Shown here in pieces: positions 1 to 8,519 of a stretch of 32,159 nt of DNA (position 1 is the first letter of the stretch; every line of letters begins with the position of its first letter). Below the pieces are notes generated by a model that was not told the DNA's origin, did no database searches, and saw only the letters and a list, made by a program, of their open reading frames with translations. Made by a program: the position numbers and the translations under genes. Source of the DNA: Oxynema sp. CENA135 (GTDB taxonomy: Bacteria > Cyanobacteriota > Cyanobacteriia > Cyanobacteriales > Laspinemataceae); assembly GCF_016632315.1 (NCBI RefSeq), contig NZ_JAEOXH010000002.1:1-32159 (forward strand), written 5' to 3'.

Positions 1-290
1 CCTTCTCCACCGTCTAGGGTGTCGTTGTCGTTACCGCCGTCGAGGCTGTCGTCGCCAACGCCTCCGTTGAGGATGTCATTGCTGTCGCCACCGGAAATCG
101 TATCGTTACCGTCGTTTCCGGAGAGACTGTCGTCACCTGCATTGCCGACGATCGCATCGTCATTGTCACTACCCGCGATCGTGTCGTCCTCATTATCTCC
201 GATGAAGGGCGCAATGACATTCAAGTTAAAGGGCGTGCTAACCGTAGCGTTGTTCGGATCCGTTGCCACAATCAGCAGGGCAAGGGTTCC

Positions 291-480
291 GACATCCCCT
301 TCGGCGGGGGTGCCGCTAAAGGCTCCCGTTGCCGGGTCGAAGGTCAGCCAACTGGGTAAGGGATCGCCGTTGGCTAAGGTCGCCGTATAGGTGAGCGGGT
401 CGCCGTCGGGATCGCTGAAGGTTCCGGCTGGGATGGCGAAGTTAAATGCTTCTTCGGCTGTGGCTGAAGTATCGGCGATC
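291..480 (-). repeat. Copy 1 of a 190-bp tandem duplication with 300-bp period. It encodes the repeated cadherin-like domain segment.
   Basis: 291-480 is base-for-base identical to 591-780 (gacatccccttcggcgggggtgccgctaaaggctcccgttgccgggtcgaaggtcagcc...tggctgaagtatcggcgatc). Divergence resumes immediately outside (481 ggggttgcga versus 781 gcgctatcga). Confidence 0.9.
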
Positions 481-590
481 GGGGTTGCGACCACAGGGGA
501 TTCGTTGGGAACGTCGCTGACATTCAGGGTGAAGTTGTCACTGACTGAATCAGTCCCGTCGGAGGCAGTGACGAGAATATCGAGACTGCC

Positions 591-780
591 GACATCCCCT
601 TCGGCGGGGGTGCCGCTAAAGGCTCCCGTTGCCGGGTCGAAGGTCAGCCAACTGGGTAAGGGATCGCCGTTGGCTAAGGTCGCCGTATAGGTGAGCGGGT
701 CGCCGTCGGGATCGCTGAAGGTTCCGGCTGGGATGGCGAAGTTAAATGCTTCTTCGGCTGTGGCTGAAGTATCGGCGATC
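591..780 (-). repeat. Copy 2 of the 190-bp perfect tandem duplication inside the adhesin gene.
   Basis: Identical to 291-480. The spacing of 300 bp corresponds to one ~100-aa domain unit. Confidence 0.9.
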
Positions 781-1510
781 GCGCTATCGAGAGTGGGTGG
801 ATCTTGAGCCGGATCGATCGTAATCGTGAAGGTTTGAGCTGCCGAGGTATCGACCCCACCATTCGCCGTCCCGCCACTGTCTTGCACGACCACATCAAAA
901 GTAGCCGTACCGGAAGCATCTGCAGCAGGGGTGTACGTCAGGTTGCCACTCGCATCAATTGCCGGAGTGACGTCAAACAAACTGGGGTCGCTGATATTGC
1001 TGACCGTATAGGTAGCGGTTTGGGTCGCTTCGTCTGTCGGTCCGGGGTTGAAGGCGGTGACCCAACCATTGACTGTTTGTGCGCCAGCATCTTCGGTGAT
1101 GGTCGGTGGATCGGTTGCCGTGAAACTCGGTTGGTCGTTAACCGGATTGATATTAATGATTGCATTGGCGGTTGCAGTTTCGACGGCGTTGTTTTGAACC
1201 GAAACCGTCAACGTTTGTGATGCGGGGGGTGTATCGGAAGTGTTCTCGTACTGGAGCTTCTGGGCAATGCTAGAAATATGGGTGTCATCGACAATCGCAG
1301 GCGGCGGCACTGCCTGGGTGACCACCACATCATCAATGAAGAGCTGAGCTCCTGCGACTGTACCCCCACTAAAGTCAAAGGTACCGGAAACGAAGACAAA
1401 CTTATACTGACCTTGCTGGGTAATAGTCACCGTCTCCGTCGCCCAAGTAGTGGAGGCAGCACCACTATCGCCAGTTTCGTCGAGAATGGTGAGGATATCC
1501 GCTAGATAAA

Positions 1511-2878
1511 ACTTACCCAAACTTACCCATCAAGTCTGAAAGCTTGATGAACAATACGTTTGAGTCGATTTTACTTCCTGCTTCTACCAAGGGAGTTGGC
1601 TCGCTCTTGTCCACAGGCGTTAATTTGGCCGTAGCTCGACCTATTTTTTCCAGATTTTTGGCTGCGTTTAAATCTCTGTCTATTTTGAGATGACAATGGT
1701 CGCAACCAAACAGTCTTTCTGATAAGAGTAATGAGTCTTTAATGCTTCCACAATTAGAACAGATTTTACTAGATGGATAAAATCTGTCTACGATTATTAG
1801 TTGTGACCCATATATTTGGCTCTTATATTCCATCTGCCGTCGGAATTCATAAAACCCCATATCGGCGATAGATTTAGCTAGTTTATGATTGGCCATCATG
1901 CCTGATACGTTTAAGTCTTCTATCACATTAACGGCGTGGTTCTTGCATAATTGTGAGGTCAACTTATGTAACGTATCTTTTCTGAGATTAGCGATTTTCC
2001 GATGGAGTTTTTGGACTTGAAGCTGGGACTTTTTTCGATTGGCAGAGCCGAGACTTTTTCGGCTAACTTGTCTTTGGAGTCTAGCTAGTTTATTTGAATG
2101 CTTTTTATATGCTTTTATTCCTTCTATACTTACTCCCGTTGATAAGGTGGCAAGCGCTTTTATCCCCAAATCTATCCCCACTACATCTGTTTTCTTATCG
2201 GTGGGGGTCACGTTGACATCTATTTTAAACGAAATAAACCAGCGATCTGCCTCTCGACTAATCGTCACATTTTTGGGTTGATAATTCCCCGATAATCTTT
2301 CATAAGTTTTCAGAATTCCAATGACAGGAACCTGAATTTTATTTTCAGATAATATTTTTATGGTTCCATCTAGAGTAAAGCTGTCTTGTCTGCCTTTTTT
2401 CTTAAATTTAGGTCTAGATTTCTTTTTTTTAAAGCAATCTTGCCACGCCTGGGCGAGATGTCTGAGAGCGTATTGAGGGGCACACTTAGAAACTTCGTAA
2501 TACCACAGATTCTCTGGTTTTACTAACTTATTTAACCACTTATGTAAGTCAATAGCTGTGGGAAATTTGATTTTTTCATCGGGACTACAATCGGCATTAT
2601 GTGATAAAATTCCTAAACACAACCCGTGACCCCAATTGTAAGCATGACGCGCCACTCCCGCATGACGAGCGAGTTTTTGTCGTTGGGTAAGATTAACTTT
2701 AAGTTGTGTTTTAAACCCTAATAACATGGAGTTAAATGCTCTACGCTACCAATGGCGCCTAACTAGAGCTAATTTTACCACCACTGATGACTTTATTAAC
2801 AATTCAGTTTCTAGAAATATTGGTCAATGCTCCGGGAATTTCTCACGATTTGAGTAAGATTGGGTAAGATTGGGTAAG
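1511..2878 (-). mobile_element. IS200/IS605-family insertion sequence of the TnpB-only (IS1341-like) type. Boundaries are approximate.
   Basis: The segment contains a single TnpB ORF. The ~115 bp between the tnpB start (2727) and the flank is too short for a tnpA. It is strongly AT-rich (e.g. ttttatatgcttttattccttctatac) and lacks GCGATCGC sites, whereas the flanking host DNA is GC-rich and HIP1-dense. The flanks carry imperfect inverted copies of CTTACCCAA(A/T)CTTACCC: 1511-1529 acttacccaaacttaccca and 2854-2878 gtaagattgggtaagattgggtaag. The flank adjacent to the LE reads ...aatcTTAC, which is an IS608-like TTAC target/TAM. Confidence 0.7.
1513..2727 (-). CDS. tnpB: TnpB (OrfB_IS605), an RNA-guided RuvC-like nuclease of the IS200/IS605 family.
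   Basis: 404-aa ORF. RuvC-I is [15 protein letters not shown], RuvC-II Glu lies in [11 protein letters not shown], the zinc finger is CSNCGS...CDHCH, and RuvC-III is [10 protein letters not shown]. It has a Lys/Arg-rich linker. The composition is atypical for this genome. Confidence 0.9.
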   Translation of the reverse strand: MLLGFKTQLKVNLTQRQKLARHAGVARHAYNWGHGLCLGILSHNADCSPDEKIKFPTAIDLHKWLNKLVKPENLWYYEVSKCAPQYALRHLAQAWQDCFKKKKSRPKFKKKGRQDSFTLDGTIKILSENKIQVPVIGILKTYERLSGNYQPKNVTISREADRWFISFKIDVNVTPTDKKTDVVGIDLGIKALATLSTGVSIEGIKAYKKHSNKLARLQRQVSRKSLGSANRKKSQLQVQKLHRKIANLRKDTLHKLTSQLCKNHAVNVIEDLNVSGMMANHKLAKSIADMGFYEFRRQMEYKSQIYGSQLIIVDRFYPSSKICSNCGSIKDSLLLSERLFGCDHCHLKIDRDLNAAKNLEKIGRATAKLTPVDKSEPTPLVEAGSKIDSNVLFIKLSDLMGKFG

Positions 2879-3754
2879 TTTTCGGCTTCTGTAGTTAACC
2901 CCCAAGCTGAATTCGATAAAGCCGCCCTGATAGTTCGTCCCGCCAGAAAAGGTGATATCGCTGTCTACGATCGTGGCGGGGTCTTGTTCGTTGTAAGACG
3001 AATCATCGAGACTGGTAATCGTCGGCGCAAACGCACCCGCATAAGCATTGAGGGTGGGTTCGTCGAAGGCTAAAGCTGCCTTCAACAAACGGCGAGTTGT
3101 ATTGACAACGGTCTCTAGCTGCCAGTTGGCACCGCGTTGCTGACTCCCGACTCGGGTCTGAGACGCGGCCACGGCAGCTCCAGTGAACTGGGCGAATTGC
3201 CCGACAAACTTGGAACCGAGAACCCCGGCAGCGACGTTACAACCGTAGAGGAGAATGTTGTCGGCTTTCCACTGTTGTAGATCGGTGGCATAGCGGTTGA
3301 GGTTGCCTAAACTCAGTTCGCTATTGCCGAGATAGAGGGTGCCTGGGCTACCGTGGGAGACGATGTGGAGGGATTCGAGATCGGGGATATCACGCAGGAT
3401 CTCGGTAATCTGTTCGACTCCATCGCGGTTGCGATCGAGGATGACTACTTGGGTTCCAGGAACGACCCCTGCAGCGAGCATCTGGCAATCGTCAACCGTA
3501 GGATCGAGGATTGCGAGTTGATGACGGGAAGTAGCACGTACCGATTGACTGAGAATGCTCTTTTCGATGAATTCTTCTTGCATTGGTTGAACTATGACTT
3601 GAGAAAGGGTTTGTGTTGCGTGCGATCGCCCTAAACTCAACCCCAAGGAAAAATTCGCAGACTTAGCAATCCTGTCTTTCATGAAGTCAGGAAGTGCTTT
3701 AAAGAAAATCAACAATTCACAGCGAAAAACTTCCACAAACTCATCCGTCAACAA
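2843..3754 (-). CDS. DUF4347-domain N-terminal portion of the giant adhesin-like protein, truncated by a stop inside the IS flank repeat. The start is uncertain: TTG at 3754, or ATG at 3682 or 3583.
   Basis: Translation contains HQLAILDPTVDDCQMLAAGVVPGTQVVILDRNRDGVEQITEILRDIPDLESLHIVSHGSPGTLYLGNSELSLGNLNRYATDLQQWKADNILLYGCNVAAG. This is the characteristic DUF4347 N-terminal domain of very large cyanobacterial cadherin/RTX proteins. The ORF ends ...KLTQSYPILLKS*, and the stop lies within the cttacccaat repeats at the IS boundary. Confidence 0.7.
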   Translation of the reverse strand: MLTDEFVEVFRCELLIFFKALPDFMKDRIAKSANFSLGLSLGRSHATQTLSQVIVQPMQEEFIEKSILSQSVRATSRHQLAILDPTVDDCQMLAAGVVPGTQVVILDRNRDGVEQITEILRDIPDLESLHIVSHGSPGTLYLGNSELSLGNLNRYATDLQQWKADNILLYGCNVAAGVLGSKFVGQFAQFTGAAVAASQTRVGSQQRGANWQLETVVNTTRRLLKAALAFDEPTLNAYAGAFAPTITSLDDSSYNEQDPATIVDSDITFSGGTNYQGGFIEFSLGVNYRSRKLTQSYPILLKS

Positions 3755-4899
3755 ATGAAGCCCTAGTTAACGGTGAAGGCTATTAGAAGGTTGGCTATGG
3801 TTGGGGAACCATTTACAATAAAAGAGCAGTCTAATTGCGAAAGCTTTAAGTTGGCAAAACACTTAAATCTTACAAAACAGATGACTCAAGATAGGAGCGT
3901 CAACAAACGAGAATACTACAATGAAAGTCTTCAGTCAAGAGTAACTAAAGAGTTCGATCTTATCCCTGTAAGATCGCACCAACTTTAAATCGACATCACT
4001 CAACTTGTAACAACGAAACTGACCTCTGTTCATTGAGTTAGGTTTGGATAGATTTGGTGCTTTTACAATCATCAAACCAGATTTTGGTCTACCCCATCGA
4101 TTTAACTAGTAAGTTATGTGTTGCTGAGAGGATGCAACATTTACTTTCGCTTCCGATTCCCACTTGAGATAGCGGGCAATCAATCGCGACCTCGTTCATT
4201 CTACTGAGGCAATTAAGACAGTCACCTCAGTAAATCTACGTAAATCTTTCAAAAATTCTTCCTGTCAAGGGATTCAATAACACTAAAATGCATTTTTTTA
4301 AAATAAACAAATAAAAGATTTAGATCGTCAAAACCAGCAAAGCCAAATAGCTTTTACCCATTCTACCATAACGCAATAGATTATTTTACGATTGCAAATT
4401 ATATGCAAAAATATTTTTTGTCGATCGGTTTTTACAAAAAAATCATCTAAACTTTATTAAATTTTTAAATATTTAGTTGATTTTTGATAGTGTTTATGAA
4501 TTGCCTTGTACTGTAGGGGGTAACCCCCTAATGATGGTGCAGTTCACCTGTATCTGGCAAAGATATCTATAGCCATCCTCAATTGGTTGTAAAATATAAG
4601 GGTTTTAGGGACACGGGAATGCCTTGTCTTTAAAGGAATTTGGCGATTTTCCAAAATCGATCTCAGATTCAACAGATTGAGGACGGCTATAGATCGATTC
4701 AATGGCTATAGTAATCTTATTTTACTGATAGTATAAATAAATACAAAGTATTAATAACTAAGTTTACCATTTCAATCCACCAATTTAACCTATCGTTCCT
4801 GGGGAAATGAGAATTTACTCACCGAATCTCATACTTTGGCTTACTAGAGAATTCAATGTAACTTTCGATCCCGTTATTATTTGGACGAATTTAAAAGGA

Positions 4900-5556
4900 T
4901 TATATATCTTCCGATCGCTCCTTTTCTAATACCTCCAGCAAACAACGTAAAATTAAATAAGTAGAAGTCGCACCGGGGTCTTGATGTCCCGCACTTCTTT
5001 CGCCGAGGTAACTGGCTCGTCCTTTTTTAGCCACGAGCACAATCGTCTTTTTCATCCCTTCTTCTGTGGCTAAAACGGCTTCGCGCAAGGCATCTACGAG
5101 ACTGCGATTTTGGGCGATCGCCGTCGTGTAAGTTTCCACGGCTGGAGACAAGGCATCGAGCATTGTTTTATCGCCGAGATTGGCTTTTCCTCGTTGAATG
5201 ACGCCGTCTTTTCCCGCTTGTAGTAAGTTGGCTAAATCTTGAGCCGTCAGTTCTTGTTTTCCGGCTACTGCACTACTGGCTCGTAAAAATAAGGTACCGT
5301 ACAACGGGCCACTCGCTCCACCGACGGAAGAAATGAGGGTCATGGCGATGGTTTTTAAAAGAGTGCCAATGTCACTATTCCGATTTTGAACAAGTTGGGC
5401 GATCGCCTTTTTAAAACCGCGATCCATATTGATACCGTGGTCTGCATCTCCGATCGCCGCATCGAGTTCGGTTAAATAGTCCTTGTTTTCTTCGATCGTT
5501 TCGGCAATTTTTTTAAACCAGTCAATAATTTGAATTTGAGTAACTTTTTCTTCCAT
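4900..5556 (-). CDS. dhaL: Dihydroxyacetone kinase subunit L (ADP-binding subunit).
   Basis: 218-aa protein with LDAAIGDADHGINMDRGF (the DhaL nucleotide-binding motif) and an all-helical DAK2-like sequence. It lies 77 bp downstream of dhaK on the same strand. Confidence 0.85.
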   Translation of the reverse strand: MEEKVTQIQIIDWFKKIAETIEENKDYLTELDAAIGDADHGINMDRGFKKAIAQLVQNRNSDIGTLLKTIAMTLISSVGGASGPLYGTLFLRASSAVAGKQELTAQDLANLLQAGKDGVIQRGKANLGDKTMLDALSPAVETYTTAIAQNRSLVDALREAVLATEEGMKKTIVLVAKKGRASYLGERSAGHQDPGATSTYLILRCLLEVLEKERSEDI

Positions 5557-5633
5557 ATTCTAGTAAGATGTATGAGTAACATTGATAATTTATGCCGCAC
5601 AATTCACGATGGTTCACAAGGCGATCGTCCGGT

Positions 5634-6701
5634 TTACCAATGCAATCCCGCCGTTTTGACGGGAGCATCCCAAAGATCGACCATTTCTTCATCGACTTTA
5701 AGCAAAGTAATCGAGCATCCTTGCATGTCCAAAGAGGTAATATAAGGACCGATCAAATTGCGAACGATCGCGATTCCTTTGGCTTCGCAAATTGCGGCGA
5801 GTTTGCGATAAACGACGTACAATTCCGATAGCGGCGTACCTCCCATACTGTTGACGAAGGCGATCGCGCGATCGCCCTTTTCTAACGGCGGATCGGTTAA
5901 TTGAATTTCGCTCCATTCTCCGCGATCGAGATCCCATTCTCGAACGGTACGCCGATAATTACGATCTTCGAGAATAGAAAGGGTCAGTAATTCGGTAATT
6001 TCATCGGCGGATTTGAGCGCCATCCGTTCCCGTCCCGGTTCTCCATGAATCCCGATCCCCAGTTCCATTTCTCCCTCGCCGAGTTGGAAGGTCGGGGAGC
6101 CTTTCGCCGGAACCGTACACGAAGTGAGAGCGATGCCCATGCTGCGTCCGTTGAGATTGACTTTGCGGCACAAATTGGCCAATTGTGAGAGATTGTAGCC
6201 GCGATCGGCTGCCGCACCGCAAATCTTTTCCGCTAACACCGTCGTTCCCACCCCGCGCCGTCCTTGGGTATAGAGGGAATCTTTCACCGCTACATCGTCA
6301 TCGATGAGGAGATTGAGAACGGGTATATTTTCGGCGATCGCCAATTCCGCAGCCATCTCGAAATTCATCACGTCGCCGCTATAGTTTTTCACGATATTCA
6401 GGACTCCAGCGCCGCCATTGACCATTTTTGCCGCCTCTAGCATCTGGTCTGGCGTCGGCGAGGTAAACACTTCCCCCGGACACGCCGCATCGAGCATTCC
6501 CGGACCGACAAATCCGGCGTGCATCGGTTCGTGTCCGCTTCCCCCGCCAGAGACCAGCGCGACTTTACCCCGCACCGGAGCGTCGGCGCGGTAAACAAAG
6601 TGTGGCTCGAAACGAACGCGAATCAGGTCGCGGTGAGCCAGCGCCATCCCTTCCAAGCTCTCACGTACGAAGTCATCCGGGTTGTTAATCAGCTTTTTCA
6701 T
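5634..6701 (-). CDS. dhaK: Dihydroxyacetone kinase subunit K (Dha-binding subunit).
   Basis: 355-aa protein with [20 protein letters not shown], the DhaK/DAK1 substrate-binding motif, including the His that forms a hemiaminal with Dha. Its length and order relative to dhaL are typical. Confidence 0.9.
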   Translation of the reverse strand: MKKLINNPDDFVRESLEGMALAHRDLIRVRFEPHFVYRADAPVRGKVALVSGGGSGHEPMHAGFVGPGMLDAACPGEVFTSPTPDQMLEAAKMVNGGAGVLNIVKNYSGDVMNFEMAAELAIAENIPVLNLLIDDDVAVKDSLYTQGRRGVGTTVLAEKICGAAADRGYNLSQLANLCRKVNLNGRSMGIALTSCTVPAKGSPTFQLGEGEMELGIGIHGEPGRERMALKSADEITELLTLSILEDRNYRRTVREWDLDRGEWSEIQLTDPPLEKGDRAIAFVNSMGGTPLSELYVVYRKLAAICEAKGIAIVRNLIGPYITSLDMQGCSITLLKVDEEMVDLWDAPVKTAGLHW

Positions 6702-6855
6702 ATGTCTTGGATTTAGTGAAACAATCGTCGTTTTATTTTTGAAAATTTTATTAACTTCTTAATATAGCAAATTTTGACTAAATTGCCTAGAAACTTATCC
6801 CTTTATCCCCCGAGATACTATTTTTGATGAAAGAGCGATAAAATAAAAAAAATCT

Positions 6856-7866
6856 TCATGCAAGATTGTTGTAAAAACAAAGATTTAAGTAATTCTTAAC
6901 TTCGGTTGCTAATCTTTTTGCGAATAACGGCGGGACGGCATTGCCAATTTGATTGTATTGATTTTCCTCAGAACCTTGGAACCTAAACCAATCGGGGAAA
7001 CTTTGCAGGCGCGCGCCTTCGCGAACGGTGAGGCGGCGGCGGCGTCCGTCGGGTAAACGAATTCTGAGCATGTCTCCCGTGGCGGCGCCGAGGTTGCGAC
7101 AGGTGACCGTTCGTGCGGGACGATCTAAATGCAGATCGCGGGGTCGGACACAGTTCGAGGCGCGTTCGTATTTTTCGATATATCGGTCCATGCTGGAGGT
7201 GAGAAATTTGGCATTTTTAGGAATGGTTAACGTTAAGTTTCCCAAGGCTTCGCCAGCCGTGTAGGGATGGCGATCGTGGCTTTTTGACGGCCATTGCCAA
7301 CCGCCTCTATGCGCAATACAAAAAAGTCTTTGGCGGCGTTGGGGAACGCCGTAATCGCTGGCGGTTAAGACTTGATATTCGACTTGATAATCTAATTGTT
7401 TGAGAGTTTGTACGATTTCTTGAAAGTAAGTTTTATTGCGATAAAGCATTCCTCTAACATTTTCAAAAATCGCAATGTTTGGGCGATCGCGCCGAACGGC
7501 ATTGAGAAAAATGGGGAAGCCGTCGCGGCTATCTTTGAGTCCTTTTTGATGTCCGCTTACACTAAATGGTTGACAGGGTGGACCGCCGATAATGACGGTC
7601 GCTCCCGATTGTAATTCGGTTTCGGGCGTGAGTGTTATTTGATGACAAGGACGGTTTAAATTATGACGGTAAGTTTGACAGGCTTCGGCAGATCTTTCGT
7701 AACCGATGGTTTGAAATCCGGCAGCTTCAAATCCGAGGGCAAATCCGCCACATCCGGCGAATAAGTCAATAACTAAAGCTTGAGAGTTGCCAGGCGGAGG
7801 AAGGGTTAATTCTGTTTCGAGATAGTCCAGATAATTTAGGCGAGTTAGGGAGATGCTGGAGGTCAT
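6856..7866 (-). CDS. DNA (cytosine-5)-methyltransferase of the Dcm/M.HpaII-like family. The longest ORF extends to 7947, but the likely start is the ATG at 7866.
   Basis: Motif I is DLFAGCGGFALGF. Motif IV is GGPPCQPFSVSG (catalytic Cys). Motif VI is IFENV. Motif VIII is QRRQRLFCIA. Motif X is QIGNAVPPL. The 27 extra N-terminal residues in the long ORF (MRDRPRCPTLKL...) look like read-through from upstream. Confidence 0.85.
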   Translation of the reverse strand: MTSSISLTRLNYLDYLETELTLPPPGNSQALVIDLFAGCGGFALGFEAAGFQTIGYERSAEACQTYRHNLNRPCHQITLTPETELQSGATVIIGGPPCQPFSVSGHQKGLKDSRDGFPIFLNAVRRDRPNIAIFENVRGMLYRNKTYFQEIVQTLKQLDYQVEYQVLTASDYGVPQRRQRLFCIAHRGGWQWPSKSHDRHPYTAGEALGNLTLTIPKNAKFLTSSMDRYIEKYERASNCVRPRDLHLDRPARTVTCRNLGAATGDMLRIRLPDGRRRRLTVREGARLQSFPDWFRFQGSEENQYNQIGNAVPPLFAKRLATEVKNYLNLCFYNNLA

Positions 7867-8519
7867 AAATAGACGATAATAGACAAGGACAGTAAACGAC
7901 GATCGCAGGTCTAGTTTTAGGGTAGGGCAACGGGGGCGATCGCGCAATTGTCGGCCATAAAAAAGCTCGCCGCAGCGAGCTGTAACTTAGACCAATTAAA
8001 GGAGTTGCACGAGGAAGAAGCAAAAAATTAAACCTTGGCGGTTAATGTTTCTAATGCGGCTAATTTTCGATCGAGATCGAGGCGTTGGTTGTAGTCCGTT
8101 TCGACGAAAGCTCCAATAATCTTTCGGTGGCGAACTATACCACAGGTTACCGGAATCGGTGATTCAAAGCTGGTATCGCCGTTATCTTCAGTTAAGTTCA
8201 GTCCGAATTGTTCGGTTTGACTTTACTCTAAATATCAAGTTAACGCTCAAAGCTTAAAAAAGAATAATTTTAAGCTAAAATTCATCTGAGAAAATCCTGA
8301 GATTTTGCTGAGTGAGACGGTCGGAGGCATTTTCGTTAACAACTGAAGTACGATCGCACTTAAGCGGGCGAGATCTACGTCCTGTTAATAATTGCTAAAA
8401 TTTGGCGTGTCATGACGATCGCAACGACTACAATTGACCTAGATGGGTAAAACTCCATATAAATAAGGACGATCCCGGGTAAAGAAAGGGATGAAAAGCA
8501 GCAAAAGGGGTTGTAAACA

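Larger units (their letters stand above)
1..1529 (-). pseudogene. 3' (C-terminal) portion of a giant adhesin-like protein, with dystroglycan-type cadherin-like/putative Ig domains and C-terminal RTX hemolysin-type Ca-binding repeats. It runs off the window at position 1 and has no start codon, because the frame opens at a TGA at 1530-1532 inside the IS element boundary.
   Basis: I translated the minus strand by hand. The frame with codons ending at positions divisible by 3 is open for ~509 codons. It reads ...[72 protein letters not shown]..., which is a dystroglycan-type cadherin-like domain and appears twice. It ends in [57 protein letters not shown], which are RTX GGxGxDxL nonapeptides, at coordinates ~1-230. 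No ATG/GTG/TTG start is present. The 5' end abuts the TnpB element. Confidence 0.7.

Noticed and set aside
19-690. Plus-strand ORFs 19-390 and 391-690 with Ser/Pro/Leu-rich products
   Set aside because: They are antisense to the clearly coding cadherin/RTX frame. The second simply mirrors the 190-bp duplication.
3773-3988. 71-aa plus-strand ORF just upstream of the adhesin gene start
   Set aside because: It is AT-rich with no RBS, and the product is low-complexity and unrecognisable. It more likely falls within the promoter region of the divergent adhesin gene.
3755-4899. tRNA or tmRNA genes in the large intergenic regions (also 8024-8519, 17503-17843, 20154-20497, 28516-28863)
   Set aside because: No GGTTCGAATCC-type T-arm, no acceptor-stem/CCA architecture and no RNase P or tmRNA conserved boxes were found by eye. 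A computational scan would be needed for certainty.
7867-7947. 27-codon N-terminal extension of the methyltransferase ORF
   Set aside because: The extension (MRDRPRCPTLKLDLRSSFTVLVYYRLF) is not part of any known C5-MTase N-terminus. The ATG at 7866 sits the usual ~40 residues before motif I.
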